NCBI GenBank assembly: GCA_965223845.1
Contig: CBDCXR010000004.1
Location: 5,600,001 to 5,664,000 of the forward strand
DNA from: Planctomycetota bacterium
GTDB lineage: Bacteria > Planctomycetota > UBA8108 > SXIK01
Direction: 5' to 3'
Length of the DNA: 64,000 nucleotides
Numbering within the stretch: the stretch's first letter is position 1; every line of letters begins with the position of its first letter. The translations under genes were made by a program, and so were the position numbers. Below the pieces are notes generated by a model. It was given only the letters and a program-made list of their open reading frames with translations, did no database searches and was not told the origin of the DNA. Below are positions 62,501-64,000 of the stretch, in pieces.

Positions 62501-64000
62501 CTCACCTCGACCGGGCGATCGAAGTCGGAAGCGCCATGGGCGACGAGCACGTCGCGGCGTTCGATCGAATCTACCGCGGGGAGGCTCTATTCTTTCTCGC
62601 CGAGTACGAAGGCGCGGTGCGTGCGCTCGAGGCGGAAACCCGATCGACGCTGCCGACTCGAGTCCGTCAGATGGCTTTCGCACGCCTCGCGCTCGTTCAC
62701 GCGATGACGGCGCTCGAATCCAAGGCGCAGGCGGCTATCGCCGCGCACGCGAGCCTCGCCAACGAACGACCGGTGCCGTTTCTCGATGCATGGGACGACC
62801 TCTTTCTCGGGTGGGCTGCGTCGCTGCTCGGTGATCGCGAGCGCGTCGAAGAACGCCTCGCGCGCGCGGAGCAGTTCTTCGCGCGACACGGCTTCGCACC
62901 GGCTCACGCTCTTACGCGCTGGGTGCGCGCGGAGAACGATCTCCTCGCGGGCGATCTCTCTCGCGTGAGCGAGGCGCTCCGCGGGGTATCCGACGGGAAC
63001 CATCTCACGGCCGTACTCTGGCTCCTTCTCGAGGCGCGAGTCGCCGCCCACGCACTCACCGAGACGCGGGATCGCCAGCCGGTCGGCGATCTCATCGCGC
63101 GATCGGGAGCGGCGCTCGTCGGGAATCCGCTCCCGGAGTGGGAAGCGCGCCTCGAGCGGATTCGCTCCAGGCTCTGGGGCGGGAGAAAGGAAGAAGCGGT
63201 CGACGCGGATCGCGCGCGCTGGGTCGCACACCTCGAAGCATCCGATCGAGATCGCTACCTCGAGAGCGAACACTGGCGCGCTTGGACGGCGATCGATCGC
63301 CTCGACGTGCCGAGCGAACAGCCCGTCGCGCTGGATCGCGCGGAGCTTCCCACCGCGAGCGCGGCTTGCGGTCCGCTTCGCGACGGTTTGGTCACGCGAT
63401 CCCCTGCGATGCGGCGCATCGCGCAGACACTCGACCGCGTCCGCGGAACGGACATCCCGATTCTGCTCACGGGCGAGACGGGAGTTGGAAAAGACTTCAT
63501 CGCGAACATCATTCACGCGGAGAGCGAGCGCGCGAATGAGCCGCTCGCAGTCATCTCCTGCGCAGCTCTCGCGCCGGAGCTCCTCGAAGCGGAGCTCTAC
63601 GGCGCCCGGGCGGGCGCGTACACGAGCCTCGAAACCGACCGTCCGGGCATCCTTCGCGAGGCTCACGGCGGCACCGTTCTTCTCGACGATATCGGTGCGC
63701 TCGGCGCGGAGTCTCAAGCAAAGCTCCTCCGAGTCTTGTCCGCGCAGACGTTTCGGCCGCTCGGGAGCGACGAGGAAATCGAGGTCGACGTTCGCTTTCT
63801 CTTTACGTCCGCGCGCGATCTCGAAGCGGAGGTGACCGCAGGGAACTTTCGCCGCGATCTCTTCCACCGAATGAGCGTTCTCACGATCGCCGTGCCTCCG
63901 CTTCGCGAGCGCGCGGAAGACCTCGAAGCGCTCGCCGGAATCTTTCTCGCCGAAGAGACACGGGCGAACGGATCGCGTCAGGAGCGGATCACGAGCGATG
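59539..64000 (+). CDS. Ser/Thr kinase-degenerate NTPase-TPR-sigma54 enhancer-binding fusion (3' end outside window)
   Basis: Not in the ORF track because it has no stop. Frame from ATG 59539 gives LGRGGAGTVY, ALKIL, HLDVKPSN, DFG, MAPE, then TGSPGAGVS, TPR helices (LNNLGIVY), and in the same frame TGETGVGKD, AELYGARAGAYTS, FRRDLFHRM. Confidence 0.88.
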   Translation, partial: MPSDDPHRLAPAGFGPRYETIRTLGRGGAGTVYLVRDAYLEQEIALKILDTPETRDAVEETQREFTLLAQIDHPAIARAYDFGYFGDRPYFTSEYIRGALPDAPIGESDALARIGLDIAEALEFLHAHRILHLDVKPSNIAIRRDPPSHAVLLDFGLWRKAGPPATGRLRGSLPFMAPEYFSGGELGPWTDAYALGVTLYRLATGRFPRPGAAGAQLSSAEDVPHPSDERAWFPAPVPPSQVVRGLSSDFDRVILECLALDPAARAISPRDRLATLTRRGSWSRRLTRPHAMHETVGRAAELDLIDEFLNDDEAPALVVTGSPGAGVSHVLREAKRRAQIAGRSSYLERAEALDARPGSVLRCLAAHLGEDADARRRWREFSDRLQRPRKARHHGQRDSTADAERRLRRVSELSLALGALSNPLVLLVDDLHAFDEISVGLIADTLRAIAAFEADRRPPIRIAVGYREEGSSVSLLREISQLVEGESLGRTLTVLPLSATDTNRLFTAAARDLGEEAPTTTKSAIARYEETRGLPARIIEAARVVGRDAKQRSRREEKEPPILPDDEGSLAVLRILQLLRTPASAKEIAGVLDRPRPQIERDLARLAERHLVRGEDDDLRRGTRWRALDGLAPVSSGATKTEERRTHRAVGRMLVTRAKTGDEAAIVEAAGHFVRAGDRTAVAEIGAEAARYLTSTFQNCAARDMLARVLKALPTRARARRVEVALEMADLYSRTGDLERGIDLLRSILAGTPAPSGSTRLRVLLSLAVLYGRRGEFKHASALFGEVIPRDVESVRGLEREELIHFVNEYAAMKGFTGDYEGAIALCESAMKLAGRSRSTAIRDAVLNLYATRAAVAVRTYDYSGASHHFESALQIAEAIGSVTNRAVILNNLGIVYNQCDRYADAIRAFREAERTCVQLDEGPSLVSIQCNLAILYAKRGEFAAQERAIAEAERLHPAAVGQRQAFFFDHARGLCSLYRGRFAEARAHLDRAIEVGSAMGDEHVAAFDRIYRGEALFFLAEYEGAVRALEAETRSTLPTRVRQMAFARLALVHAMTALESKAQAAIAAHASLANERPVPFLDAWDDLFLGWAASLLGDRERVEERLARAEQFFARHGFAPAHALTRWVRAENDLLAGDLSRVSEALRGVSDGNHLTAVLWLLLEARVAAHALTETRDRQPVGDLIARSGAALVGNPLPEWEARLERIRSRLWGGRKEEAVDADRARWVAHLEASDRDRYLESEHWRAWTAIDRLDVPSEQPVALDRAELPTASAACGPLRDGLVTRSPAMRRIAQTLDRVRGTDIPILLTGETGVGKDFIANIIHAESERANEPLAVISCAALAPELLEAELYGARAGAYTSLETDRPGILREAHGGTVLLDDIGALGAESQAKLLRVLSAQTFRPLGSDEEIEVDVRFLFTSARDLEAEVTAGNFRRDLFHRMSVLTIAVPPLRERAEDLEALAGIFLAEETRANGSRQERITSD

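Noticed and set aside
60007-63867. Long minus-strand ORFs (847 aa, 426 aa) and similar long antisense ORFs elsewhere (13373-14848, 30790-32790, 46416-48275, 51090-53435)
   Set aside because: Shadows of motif-supported genes on the opposite strand or frame, typical of high-GC codon bias.

Overview
GC-rich bacterial chromosomal window, most likely Planctomycetota/PVC (DUF1549/DUF1553 'Planctomycete cytochrome C' protein, sulfatase, kinase-TPR-sigma54 fusion). Left end, minus strand: Rrf2 regulator, Rieske protein, b6-type cytochrome b, membrane-anchored octaheme HAO-family cytochrome c and periplasmic nitrate reductase NapA (cut by the window edge), with a candidate Rrf2 operator. This is the most striking system: it suggests nitrate/nitrite respiration wired to a Rieske/cytb complex. 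Next come housekeeping genes (murA, prmC, prfA, rpmE, clpX, clpP, tig, dihydroorotase) with a candidate ~270-nt structured RNA/attenuator upstream of tig. The middle holds several histidine-kinase and receiver genes with no DNA-binding output, ClC and NRAMP transporters, a 5-oxoprolinase and an SDR-SIS-MetE-like-MBL catabolic operon. The right part has an S9 peptidase, a cysteine-desulfurase-like protein, a secreted tandem-domain protein, a K+ channel, clpS-DUF2017 and a large Ser/Thr kinase-TPR-sigma54 activator running off the edge. A dispersed purine-rich CACGAAG repeat family is flanked by strand-specific C depletion. No rRNA, tRNA, CRISPR array or transposase was recognised. All calls come from reading motifs by eye; no searches were run.
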